From assembly GCA_000320545.1 (NCBI GenBank), contig ADNK01003503.1, positions 1 to 49,733 of the forward strand: a stretch of DNA of 49,733 nt, in the 5' to 3' direction. The translations under genes were made by a program, and so were the position numbers. Positions 15,420 through 26,506 of the stretch are shown here, piece by piece. How positions within the stretch are numbered: position 1 is the stretch's first letter; each line of letters begins with the position of its first letter. Under the pieces are notes generated by a model. That model saw only the letters and a program-made list of their open reading frames with translations, ran no database searches and had not been told where the DNA came from. This DNA is from Bigelowiella natans CCMP2755. Its lineage: Eukaryota; Protista; Cercozoa.

Positions 15420-16731
15420 TCTAAACTCATAAAATGAAATGAATGAGAGAGAGGAGGGGGGGGGGGGGAGGATAAATTTGGAACAATACCCAGGGTTCTT
15501 CGTTAGGATTCCAGTAGAAGGCAAGACCTTCAACACGGCCAACCTGTCGATAATAGAAAAGCACAATTTTATGTTTGTTGTCATATAGATCAAATGCTGC
15601 CTGCTCCTGCTATCGATAGTACATTTGTTCTAAACCTTATGTACTCGCGCTTTGGGAACGACAAAGCACTCATTTCCATCCTTATCCGTGGTGCAAATTG
15701 TGACTGATTTCGTTGTCATTCCAAACCCAAAGCTTTTGCCCGTGAGAATCCCTTCGTCTTGGATGCGAATATGAATATTTTCAATCGTAATCTGGAAACA
15801 ATTTAAAAATACCAGCATAAAAATCAAATGATATAAATATTAGATGGTGAATTGTTTTGCTGACCCGCAGATTCGCAACAATTTTATTGAAAAGTGTCTC
15901 CTGAAGGTCTACATCTTTGTCTTGAAGTAGTTCTGATTCTCGAATCCTTTTAGATATATTTGTCAAGACTAAGCTTTTCACATATTCACTAATGTACATT
16001 ACCTTGCCCTTTTGATAGTTCTGTTCTGTTTTGCCTCATAAGAAGTACTCATTTTGATCAGTTTCGAAAATATATAGACCTGTGTGAGGAGAAAGAGCAT
16101 GACAACTTAAACAAGGACGAAAGCTTGCTTCTTTGAAGTTGCAACCGACCCCTTTGAGGCGAATGTGCACTGGACTGGTAGCAAGAGAACGCCAAGGTAT
16201 ATGCATCTCAAGTTCCTAGTGATGATTGATGAAAGTTATAATATCCTCATTCTACATCCAGGTAAGATAGAACGATACATGATATTGATCATGAAGGGTG
16301 TTAGGGGCAAGGCGGAAGAAGAGTCATACCACCTTAATACAACCAGCTGTGATCTTAAGGGGCATCTTAAGAAAATCTAGCGCGCTGTCTTTGAGACGGA
16401 GATTCTTCATAACGATGTTACCACTCCATACTGCCAACTATTGTATTATTATTCCCACATACGGCCATACATGGCAGAAGAAGAAGAAGAAGAAGAAGAC
16501 GACAACACAGCGACTACTCAAATACGGTGCACCACCGATGTGTACGTATACATTATAGAGTAGACGAAGAATTATCAACCTGTAGATTATTCCTATCGAT
16601 ACCATCGACATATTCCCCAAGGTATCTTTGAAGAATTTTCTTTATACATATATGGAGGAAGGATAATTATGAATGACAGCAGCTCAATTTATCAATAACA
16701 AAAGACGAACCTCGAGGATAGTCTCGAACAT
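1..16731 (-). CDS. VPS13: VPS13/chorein-family bridge-like lipid transfer protein, multi-exon, 3' end outside the window
   Basis: ATG at 16731. Spliced N-terminal exons read MFETILE|KILQRYLGEYVDGIDRNNLQ|LAVWSGNIVMKNLRLKDSALDFLKMPLKITAGCIK|ELEMHIPWRSLATSPVHIRLKG, the chorein_N pattern. Later VPS13-type motifs: ITIENIHIRIQD, WWKYA, IDSPRLVLP..TDLGNL, DFYDPKRVSWTPMMP, YMIENHTRFPIKIRQ, VIWGWED. ORFs 14116-14640, 12014-12811, 11059-11625 and 8347-10374 overlap exons; one frame was open wherever spot-checked from ~8175 to base 1. Confidence 0.92.
14716..14812. repeat. Imperfect ~48-bp tandem duplication in a VPS13 intron
   Basis: TTAGCAGTCTATTATCTAGCATGTAG...TTCACGGG occurs twice in tandem. Confidence 0.8.
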
Positions 16732-17294
16732 ATTACTACGATGAACTTAAATGTACAAATTGTTGTTCTTCGTAAGCATGGATAGCTCGGTGAAAAGTGG
16801 GCCTTAGAAAAGCAGCGATGTTAAAGTCGTCCTTTCTTCGGGACTGCTGTCTTGCTTTTCCAGGTCCCCCAACTTTTCTCTTATTCCTGGGCTATTGTTC
16901 CGAGAATGTGTTTATCGGAAATAATGGGATCATGTGGTTGTATCAGGAAGGTGAGGGAGACTATGGTAGGTGCACCATATCCGATGCCCTCGGTTCGGAA
17001 CCCCCCCGGTTGGTTCGATCGTTCGTTCTTGTTGTACCGGCAAGATCTACTACTACTACTACTAATGGTGGTTCTTTACCGGATTAATATTACCATTAAC
17101 ACATCATTTTTGTGTTTAATCATCCAACACTTATAACACTTTTCGTGGCGTAATTCGTGCAAAAAATAAATCGTCTAATAATTAAAAAATCGCCTCCTTG
17201 TTGCCAGTACACTACATGTAATGTCTTCAAAACCCAAATTTGTGCATTTCACAATCAGGTATTAGTATTCCTTTGGAGCGTCAGATTCTACGCA
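16732..17294. promoter_or_regulatory. Probable bidirectional promoter region between VPS13 and the sulfotransferase gene
   Basis: Divergent start codons at 16731 (-) and 17295 (+), ~560 bp apart; CpG-rich patch near 16980-17040. Inferred from position only. Confidence 0.5.
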
Positions 17295-18868
17295 ATGGGA
17301 TCTTTGCGCCCGATTCTCCTGTTCCTATCCTTCACTTTGAGCATTGCTGTGTGGATGAATCAAAATAATGAGCATCAACAACGACTCGACATTCAAGTAA
17401 ATGAGAAACAACCCCATAAATTTTTTGTTATCGCTATCCAGAGGTCTGGATCTGAGTGGCTAGGTAAGAATTCTCTGCCTTTCACTCAATCACTAGCTTT
17501 TCCTCATGCTTTAGTCATTAACATGAAGGTTCCCTCTTAAGGCATCACGACGACGTCATCTTCCACTACGGAGAATGTTGGCTGTATGAACAAAATAAAT
17601 CGGTTCATTGTCCGGCAATGATGATCCATCTTTTGTAGAAATCCGAAAAATCTGAAGCATTGCATTCAATGGATCAATGAGGTAAACATATGAATCCATG
17701 ACCTTTCGTACCCATAAGTACGCATTTCAGGAGAAACTACCCAGTAATTCATCTCTTGACGAGAAACTTGATCTGCTATATAGAACCAATACTCCGACGA
17801 AGGTAACGCGTGTTTTACAATGAAGCATTCTCTGAACCAAAAAAACTTGGGTAGGCATTGGCAATTGGGTTCAAATGGATGGTCAATCAAATTCCCGAAG
17901 GATATCATAAACTGCAAATGCTTTCGCATTATATCAACGCAAATAATGTTAGTGTTATTTCTTTAGGTAATCAAAGAAATATTATTGAGATTCATACTTA
18001 ATTCCTAGCCGGCATATGTATGAATGATATATCAATACTAGAACGCGAAAACCGTGTTCGGCATTGCTTCTCGCTCTTCGACGCGCACCAAAGGCACCTT
18101 CGTGGAGTCTCTGTACATAATGAGGCACATACATCTGAAAAGGCAAGTCTTACAAATCAGCATCTATCAATGTACTCCCCCTCCTGTTTCCCCATTCTCC
18201 TCACGATGTGCTAACGAACTATGCTTGGACAACGATAGAAAATCAAAGATGAAATCGTGTGGACGATAGGTATGAAAGAGTGGAATCATTGCATGCGCTG
18301 GTATGTCTAGCTTTGATCTCTTAACATAAAGATCAGCCATTAAATATAAAAGCTACTAATTTTTTTTAAAAAAATAGGTTCGACCATATGGAAAAAAATA
18401 GAGAGGAGCTTCTGTCATACATAGAACCTGGGAAAATCGTGCGAATTAAATACAGGGTTTTAAACAAAAGATCACTGAAGAAACAATTGGGCATACATAA
18501 ACTCATATGTGAATAAAAGTAGGAATACATATTATAAATATACAATTATGCACATATTTATTTATATATTTATATGTATGTATAATATTTCTTTATAAAC
18601 ATATGATATTTATATGCCATTGATACACGGCTGGCTTATTCGCGTTAATTAGGATTTGTGCTCGAATGAAACGGAAGAGCTTAGAAGATTACAGCTTTCT
18701 ATTGGTATCGGAGAGTTCAGAAAGTCGCAAGAAGTCCACGAACAAATGAAAATGCATAAATCTAATTTAAGTCGTCTTGTGAAGAACTGGGACGAGGTAG
18801 TTGAAATTCTTCCACATTATTGTTTGCGTGCGCCTATCAACAAAATATATTACTCGAAGAAGGCATGA
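17295..18868 (+). CDS. Stf0/NodH-like PAPS-dependent sulfotransferase with N-terminal signal/anchor, multi-exon
   Basis: Hydrophobic N-terminus MGSLRPILLFLSFTLSIAVW; 5'-PSB-like FFVIAIQRSGSEWL followed by a GTAAG donor (~17464); AIGFKWMVNQ; 3'-PB-like RENRVRHCFS; KIVRIKY; last exon ends at TGA 18868. Confidence 0.75.
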
Positions 18869-19626
18869 AGCAAAATGAATTAAATTTTCATAATTCTGTT
18901 ATATTTCCTGCTCCCATGTTCATAACTTAAAATCACTTCAGGTGTATCCAGAAATGGTGAAAATCTATCAAGGCTTTCCAATACAACAGTGGGTAACAGA
19001 AGCAGAGTGTCAAGGGACCTAATTGAACTCCGGTGCCCCGATATAGTGTGTCATAAGTATTAGCATTTAATCCATTATCCACTATCTTCCTGGATGCAAA
19101 CTAACCAAGCTCACAAATGTAGATGGGACAAAGATGCAAACCACTTTCTGCTCTAATAATCCTACTATTACTCTACTGCTACTACTCTACTAGTAGAAGG
19201 TGGTAGCAGTAGTACGTCCAATACTTACAGGATGAACAAATTTCTTTTTTTGCTACTAGTCCAGAGGCAGAATTGAATGTGCATTGTCATGTAGCATGTT
19301 GCTGCTGTCATGCAAGCGTACTCGGGATTTAGCTAGATCTACATCTAGAGATGTGCATGCAGCAACCGAACTGCTAGACTGGCCAATGAGAATCTCATGA
19401 TGGTGAACTTGATCGAAGGACCCGCATGCCCAACTAGTCTAGTACTGAGTGATCAAGGCCAGTCTAGCTAGCTAGCAGTGCACATCTAGAAAGCTTCTAG
19501 AGATCTCTAGATTGAACTTCGATGCATTCCAGCATTCTAGCATTTTCATGTGGATTGCACGTGCAGTGTGACATCTACTAGCTAGCTGTCTAGCTGTGTA
19601 GCTAGCTAGACATTCAAGTGCACCAC

Positions 19627-20238
19627 TGTGGTCAGTTTGCGACCACCAAATGCATGCAAGCGCGCATGCACATGCATGAGTGCAAATGGTGGTGCATGTT
19701 GTGCTTTGTTGTGTCCAACATTTTCATGTGAGCATGTTCATGTGGGTTCAGGCTGTTGTGCCCACATCTCAGTTGGCCACATGGGGGCATGTGACGTGAG
19801 TTGCATGCCCAGAAACATTGTCATGGGAGGGGGCGTGCACATCCTGAAACATCCTTCTCGGTCATTTCCCCAACCGTGGATGTTTCCAGGAGCACCCTCG
19901 GCATTTCACTTGCGACAAGGAGTCGGCCTACGTGTTGCAACATTGCAGGGGAAAATGGCCTGCATTTTCCCTGACATTTCAGGCAACTGCTGCTGCGTGG
20001 CATGTTGCTGCTGGGGACGCTGTGTGCCCAGCACGTGATGTGCATTGGCGCGCAACGCGCCAGTTTGGCATGCTCTGAAAGACCCGCAAGCAAGCGGTGA
20101 GCTTTCTCCTTTGGTGGCATGCTCATGCATGCTCACATCGTGTTGTCCATTCAACAGGGTTTTGGTTTTGTGGATTTGAAGCATTGTCAAAGCATGCATT
20201 GCACAGTTGTGTTGTCAGCGCTGCGCAATGCAACTGCA
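19627..20238 (+). repeat. 5' LTR
   Basis: TGTGGT...ACTGCA, 612 bp, ungapped alignment to 25895-26506 (~45 differences by eye, all transitions). Confidence 0.97.
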
Positions 20239-20239
20239 C

Positions 20240-20250
20240 TGGCAGCGGAC
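20240..20250 (+). promoter_or_regulatory. Primer-binding site, TGGCAGCGG (probably ancestral TGGTAGCGG, initiator-Met tRNA type)
   Basis: TGG one base after the 5' LTR; restoring CA->TA gives TGGTAGC, complementary to the ...GCUACCA 3' end of many eukaryotic tRNA-iMet. tRNA identity is an inference. Confidence 0.7.
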
Positions 20251-23200
20251 GAACTGCGTCAAGGGGAAGATCAAGGGAACTCATTTGGGGCTCAGGGGGA
20301 GCCCAGAAACCATGCAGAGGAAGCTGAGAGCAAGGAATCCAAGATTGAAAATCCGGAAGTTTCGACGGGTGGCCATGCGTCACGGGAAGGTGTCCCAGTG
20401 GCTCAGCCCGTGACTTCTGGACGTTCAAATGAGCTTGGATCGGGCGCCCGGCATTCCCTGACGGTGGATGAGGTTCTGGAGCAGTTTGGTGACCTGACTG
20501 TTTCAGCAGGCCGACGAGTTGCAAAGTGTGTTTTGCACTGCGACGGTGTTGACAAAGGTGTGTCTGGTTTGGTCAGAACGATGACTGCTGACTTGGAGTC
20601 GCGAGAGTTCGCATTTCATCGTTGTTTGGATGAGGGAACAACTTTGCGAACTTGGGCCTGCACGATGAAGAAATGCAGAGACCCAGATTGTGCTCCGCCA
20701 GGTGTGGTGGACAGGATGGAGCGGAAGGCCAAGCTGCAGCCTTCGGTCCGAGACATTGCGGGTGCCATCGACTCGTTTCGACGGCACTGCCCTGTCAAAG
20801 GCAAGCTGTGTGTGGCCACTGTGAGCCCGGCACAGTTCCGCAGGAATGCTCGTGGGCTTCACAATGAAATTGAAGCACACGCTGCTTTGGTCGGCCAAGC
20901 CGACTTGGGGTTCGGTTGTGAATGTCTCCAGACGTGTTTGTCCTCTCGTGCGCTTGAGAGGCTCCGTCGGGAGGCCACAAGGAATGCACATGCTTCTGAG
21001 AGCCCAGAGACCCAGTTTGAGATGGCTCTGCAGCACCTCTGCGATGAGGAGGATGAAGAGAAGCTTCAGCGCGACTTCGAGGATGAGCTCGATTTTCTTC
21101 GGCGAAAGCGGTGTCGATGTGTTGATGCGACACACCGGCAGTTTGGCGAGCTTCTTCTGGAGTTTGCTGGACTTCACTTTGGGCATGCTGACAAGTTGCG
21201 GTGCTTCCGGCGCTTGTTGGTGGGTCATCAGTCACGTGACAAGTTCATCGCGCCACTTGACGGATTTGCGCCGCACGACGTCGATGGACTTGTTGAGTTT
21301 TTGCGGCCACTGGAGGAGAGCCATTGCAAGTTTGCGGCTCATCCTCTGCACGCTGATGCATCCACAGTTGCAGGACCTGCGGTGCAACGCGAATGCGTGC
21401 ACTTTTCCAAACGTGGGAAGTGCAATTGCGGTGATGAGTGCAAATTTTTGCACATCAAGCAAAGTTCTGCAAGTGAGCAGAGTGAGCAGAAATCCAAGCA
21501 GTGCACCAAGGAGCAGCTTGATGAGGTGAAAAATCAAGACTGCAGGCTTTGTCTGAAAGGCAAGTGCCATCATGGGGACAAGTGCAAGTTCCGCCACAAT
21601 GCTGGGAGTCTTGATGCTGCTGGAGGGGCGAATGCTGATTTGGCCTCTCATGCCTGTGAGGAATCGGCGGATGCTCCAAGGCAAAACACGGAGGCATCGT
21701 TGCTGCAGGTCAACTCCCAGTCACTTCCCAAGTTGATGAAGGAAAGTGAGCGTCGTCACTGTGAACGAGACCCAAGTTTGAGGTCTCGGAAGAAAGCAAA
21801 ATGCTCCCTGCAGGCGGATGACGGCGCTGTTGCAGTGCTTGGGTCAATCGACGATGGCGCTCAACCTGCCACCATTTCAGAGGCTCCGTGCCAAAAGTTG
21901 AAGTCCTCTGGTGTCAGGTTTGGACGTGGGCCGATGGTGGGTGAGGTGGGTGGCCTTGGTTCATCGATTGAGAATGAAACTTTGCGGGAAGTCGATTTCA
22001 TGGTCCAGATCAAAAAACACAAAAAGCATGGAGCGCACGTTGAACTCCGAATTTGTGCTCTGGTGTCACCTGGACCGGTCTCGCAGGACTTTGCATTGGG
22101 CATGGGCACCCTTGACATGAATGGCATCAACTCTGTTGAGGATCCTGACCCAGCAAAGCGAATTGTCACCATTGATGGTGAAATCGTTGATTCACATCCG
22201 TGCAGCGTCGACGTGCTTTCGGCGACTGTTGTGACCGTCGTGGGCATGGATGTGCCTCCGATGGCAGCTGCTCCCGGCGAGATTTGCAGCATGGATGCTG
22301 ACGCCGTGGGAGAATTGCCTGGAGTGGAGGAGGCATCGTCTGCAGTTCGAAAAGAACCACAAAATGCCGTGGATCATGACTTTGTGAACAATCATGACCA
22401 CACGATCAATGCACAAGGTTTGCCTGATGTCGACATCAAATCGATGGCAAATCCCATCGAATCGGATGGAGTGCTTCTCCAGCGATCATCCAGCATTGCA
22501 CCGTCATCAGAGTTTGGCGACCAACGTGCAGTCGCTGACTCTGACTTGGCAAACGGCCACGTGCTGGACGTGCTTGATCGCTTGGAGAACGAGGTGGTGA
22601 CGAAGGAGAGCTTGCTGCCGGGTTCACAGCAATTCCATTGCCTTCGCACTGTCACTTGCCGCTTCCGGAAGTGTTTTGTCGTGAAACTGCCGGAGGTGGG
22701 AAAGCACGAGCTGCGGGAACCGCACGACGTCAAGCGATGGCTGAAGCCGGGCTGCAAGCCGGTTCGCCAGCGGCCTCACCACTTGGAGCCGAACAAACTT
22801 GAGCTCATGAAGCTCAAGCTCGACCAAATGGCAAGCGATGGGTCACGTCACGAGGTGACAAACGACACATCTGAGTGGGTGTCGCCAGCTTTTTGTGCAC
22901 ACGATGAAGGAAAAGCATCACCACGCGTCGTGGTGGCGATGGGTCGCTTGAACGAGCTCGTCGAGCTCGTGCACGCTGTTTGCCCTGTGACTCGGGACAC
23001 AACAAGAAAATCAATGAGTGCTCAATGGGTGACAGTCTCTGATGGCAAAGCTGCATGGAGACAGCTTGGGATGACTGAGTGTGCGAAAGTGGTGTTCGCA
23101 TTTGTTGCTCTGTTCGCGTCGTTTGCATCTGGCAAGCGACGGCTTGCCGATGGGGCACAAGAACGCTCCTCAAGTTTGGGTCGAGGAGATGGCCACAAGG

Positions 23201-25861
23201 TTCCTCGTTGGGACACCAAACGCTGTTGTGCATTTCGACGACTTCTTTGCCATTGGACAGTCGCCGATGCAAGCGCTTGCAGGTTTTGCCAAGTTTGTGC
23301 AACAGTGCGAAAAGTGCAACAATCATCAAAGTGCTGCCAAGTTGCACACTTTTCCCAAGCGACTTGCAGCAGTGGGTTTGATTGAGGAAGCGAAGACTCA
23401 CCATCCAGATCCCAAGCGCACGGTTGCTGTGGACAAGCCAGAGCGACCAACAAAAGGGAGGCGGTTCTCAAAGCATGTGCGCCGTCTTGTTGGTTTGTTC
23501 ACTTATTGTTTGGAACACACGAAAGGCTTCTGGCAAATCGCTGCGCCGATGAAGGATTTGCTCATGCAAGGAGCGGCACAAGCATGGACAGCGAAGCATG
23601 GTGAAGCTTTGGACACATTGAAAGGCATGCCAAAGAAGGCGGTGTTGTGTGCACCTGATCGTGAAGCTGCACCTGCAAGCCAGCCACTTGTTCTTGACAC
23701 TGACGCGTCTGATGTGGCTGGAGGTGCCACGCTTTCCCAGGTTGTTGGTGGGAGCGAACGCCTGCTGGCTTGTTGCTCGTTTGCGTGGAAGACAAACGAG
23801 AGGAGCTGGCACGTTGCACGAAAGGAGCTTGCGGCTGGAGCGAAGGGGCTTCACCGGTTCCAGCACATTGCTGAAGGCTGTCCGATTTCAATTCGCATGG
23901 ATGCGAAAACGGCGCGGCATTTCGCGCTGCACGGAGTGGACAAAGTGCAGCTGCCGCATGCAAGATTGAGCGCGGCACACTCTGGATGTCCGTTGGTGGA
24001 CATCCAACATGGAAAGGGGGAAAAGCACACCAATGTGGACCCTTTCTCGCGGCCGGATGCTGACGAAACTCGCGACGAAAGGAAGTCGCATCGTCAGTCG
24101 CTGGCCTCTCTTTTCCCGCTGCATGCGGAGGCGGCGAAGCAAGAGGAAAAGCTGGTGAAGTCTGAAGCTTCTCTCTCCTCTTGCTTGGCCAACGAGACGA
24201 TGATCGAACTCGAAGTCCCTCATCTCTCTGTTCATTCTGCAGAGTTGCAGCCTTGGGCGTGCTGTGCTGCAGAGGTCCAGGTGTCGACGACGCTGTCCAA
24301 CATCAACTTGGAGCAGCAGCGTCCCGATTTTGAGAAAATCATCGATGCTCTCGAGGACGAGAAGAATGCCAATCATCTTCTCGTTTCCTCCAAACACAAA
24401 ATGGCTTCTGGTGAGCTGTGTCACACGGGCTCCTTCCAAATTGGAGGAGACATCCCGCTGCAACTTTGTGCACCTTCTGGAAAACGACAGGAGGTGCTGC
24501 AGGCGCACCATGTGGACAGTGTGGCGAATCATCGCAATGCAGATGATCTCGCAAGGAAAGTTCTGCGCGGCTGTCACTGGGTTGGAGTCCAGAAAGCCTG
24601 TCGTGGATTTGCAAGGCAGTGCCAGGTCTGCACTCGTGCCAAAACGCGCACGAAACAGGCGCCGTGTCCACAACATGGCGATCGCGAAATTGATGGCACG
24701 ATTGCAGTGGATGCAATCGGCCCTGTCGACGGCGCTGAGCACTGCACGCAGACGCTGTGCGTTGTGGCCATTGGTCACATGCATGCAAGGGCAGTGAAGC
24801 GCACAAGCTCGGCGCGCACGGCGGATTTCATCGTGTCGCATGTGCTGAAACACGGATGCCCAAAGCAGATCATTGTTGACCAAGGGCCGGAAAACGTGGG
24901 CAAAACTGTGCAGCACTCACAAAATCGGCTGCGGCCAAAGTTTGTCAAGATGTCAGCTGAGAATGGCCAGGGGAACTCTGCACTCGAGCGGAAGCATCGA
25001 CCCATTGACAATGGGATCATGGCGATGCTTCTGCAAAGTTTGGAGGACCGGCACAACTGGCATGAACACTTGGAAATGATGACACTTGGTGTGAACACCA
25101 CAATCGATGAGTGTGGTCATTCACCGGCTCACCTCACGTTTGGACATCAGCCAAAGTTCGTGGCTGATGTGGAGAGCAAGTCGGTGGCGGCTCCAGGGAC
25201 CGGGGACCTCGATCAGAGGATCCAAGATCTGGAAAAGATGCGGCTGCTGCGTGCTGCTCTCAAGGAAAATTGTGAATTGGTGAAAAATTTCACGAGAAAC
25301 GAGAAGCTCAATGCTCAAGACGAGTGCAAAGCAGGGGACATGGTGTGGCTTTTCCGCAAGGAAAATCGCAAAGAAAGTGCTGTCACGAAAAAACGTGAAA
25401 TCAAAAAGACTGGCCCTGTGACTGTCGTGGCCAGGAGCAGCAAATCCCATGCCTGTCAAATCATCGACCCGAAGACGGGGCACAACAACAATGCACACGC
25501 GAAACACCTTTCGCCTCGTGGTGCACTTGCCCCGTTGCCAGAAGTGCGCCCGGCAGCTCCAGACATTGAGGACAATTTTGCTGGCGAGGATGATGAGGAT
25601 GCTGATGGTTCCTCCAGCTCGTCGGACTCCCAGGGGCCTCCTGGTGACCGGATTTCACGGGATGACGTTGTTCAAGGTGAACGCAATGGGAGACCAACCA
25701 ATGTTGGTCCGTGCATTTCTTGGATTTTGTGTTTTCGCAAACACGTGCCACTGCACAAACAAATTGGTGGCGGTGCAGTTGGTGCAAAAATTTTTTTTCT
25801 TCCCTTTTCTTCTGATTTTCTTTTGGCACGCGTGATCCTGCTCGTGTGTCATCATTGTTGA
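20251..25861 (+). pseudogene. gag-pol polyprotein pseudogene (Gag with two CCCH fingers, protease, RT, RNase H, integrase); frameshift at ~23115-23140
   Basis: ORFs 20119-23385 and 23081-25861. PR IDDGAQ; RT KPVRQRPHHL, SEWVSP, LPMGHKNAP, VVHFDDFF (HFDD at 23231-23242); RNase H LDTDASDVAGGATLSQ, RKEL; IN HH..H/CQVC, VDAIGP, VDQGPE, ALERKHR, GDMVWL. True start and stop uncertain because TAA/TAG codons have been erased. Confidence 0.93.
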
Positions 25862-25872
25862 GTCAGGGGTGC

Positions 25873-25894
25873 AAAAAATGGGGGGGGGGGGCAG
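25873..25894 (+). promoter_or_regulatory. Polypurine tract
   Basis: AAAAAAT, a run of G, then CAG, directly before the 3' LTR. Confidence 0.88.
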
Positions 25895-26506
25895 TGTGGT
25901 CAGTTTGCGACCACCAAATGCATGCAAGCGCGCATGCACATGCACGAGTGCAAATGGTGGTGCACGTTGTGCTTTGTTGTGTCCAACACTTTCATGTGAG
26001 CATGTTCATGTGGGTTCAGGCCATTGTGCCTGCATCTTGGTTGGCCACATGGGGGCATGTGACGTGAGTTGCATGCCCAGAAACATTGTTGTGGGAGGGG
26101 GCGTGCACATCCTGAAACACCCTTCTCGGTCATTTCCCCAACCGTGGATGTTTCCAGGAGCACCCTCGGTGTTTTGCTTGCGACAAGGAGTCGGCCCACG
26201 CATTGCAACATTGTGGGGGAAAATGGCCTGCATTTTCCCCAATGTTTCAGGCAACTGCTGCTGCGCAGCACGTTGCTGCTGGGGACGCTGTGTGCCCAGC
26301 ACGTGATGTGCATTGGCGCGCAACGCGCTGGTTTGGCATGCTCCAAAAGACCCGCAAGCAAGCGGTGAGCTTTCTCCTTTGGCAGCATGCTCATGCATGC
26401 TCACATCGTGTCACCTGTTCAACAGGGTTTTGGTTTTGTGGATTCAAAGCATTGTCAAAGCACACATTGCACAGTTGTGTTGTTGGCGCTGCGCAATGCA
26501 ACTGCA
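25895..26506 (+). repeat. 3' LTR
   Basis: 612 bp, TGTGGT...ACTGCA, followed by TSD ACCAC. Confidence 0.97.

Larger units (their letters stand above)
19627..26506 (+). mobile_element. Full-length Ty3/gypsy LTR retrotransposon (6880 bp), inactivated by TpA hypermutation
   Basis: Two 612-bp TG...CA LTRs; perfect 5-bp TSD ACCAC (19622-19626, 26507-26511); PBS and PPT present; domain order gag-PR-RT-RNaseH-IN. Confidence 0.97.

Noticed and set aside
20119-25861. Alternative genetic code or selection against tyrosine
   Set aside because: TA is missing in all codon positions and in non-coding LTRs; Tyr is replaced by both His and Cys; host genes in the window use Tyr and TAA stops normally.
19627-26506. 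CpG methylation decay as the source of the TG/CA swaps
   Set aside because: CG->TG/CA would give the same swap pattern, but CpG is abundant here while TA is nearly absent, Tyr (not Arg) codons were lost, and one LTR retains TA opposite CA.
19627-26506. Classical fungal RIP, or ADAR/APOBEC editing during retrotransposition
   Set aside because: RIP is C->T, raises TpA and adds stops. RNA or cDNA editing is strand-biased and would not affect a MITE or flanking DNA.
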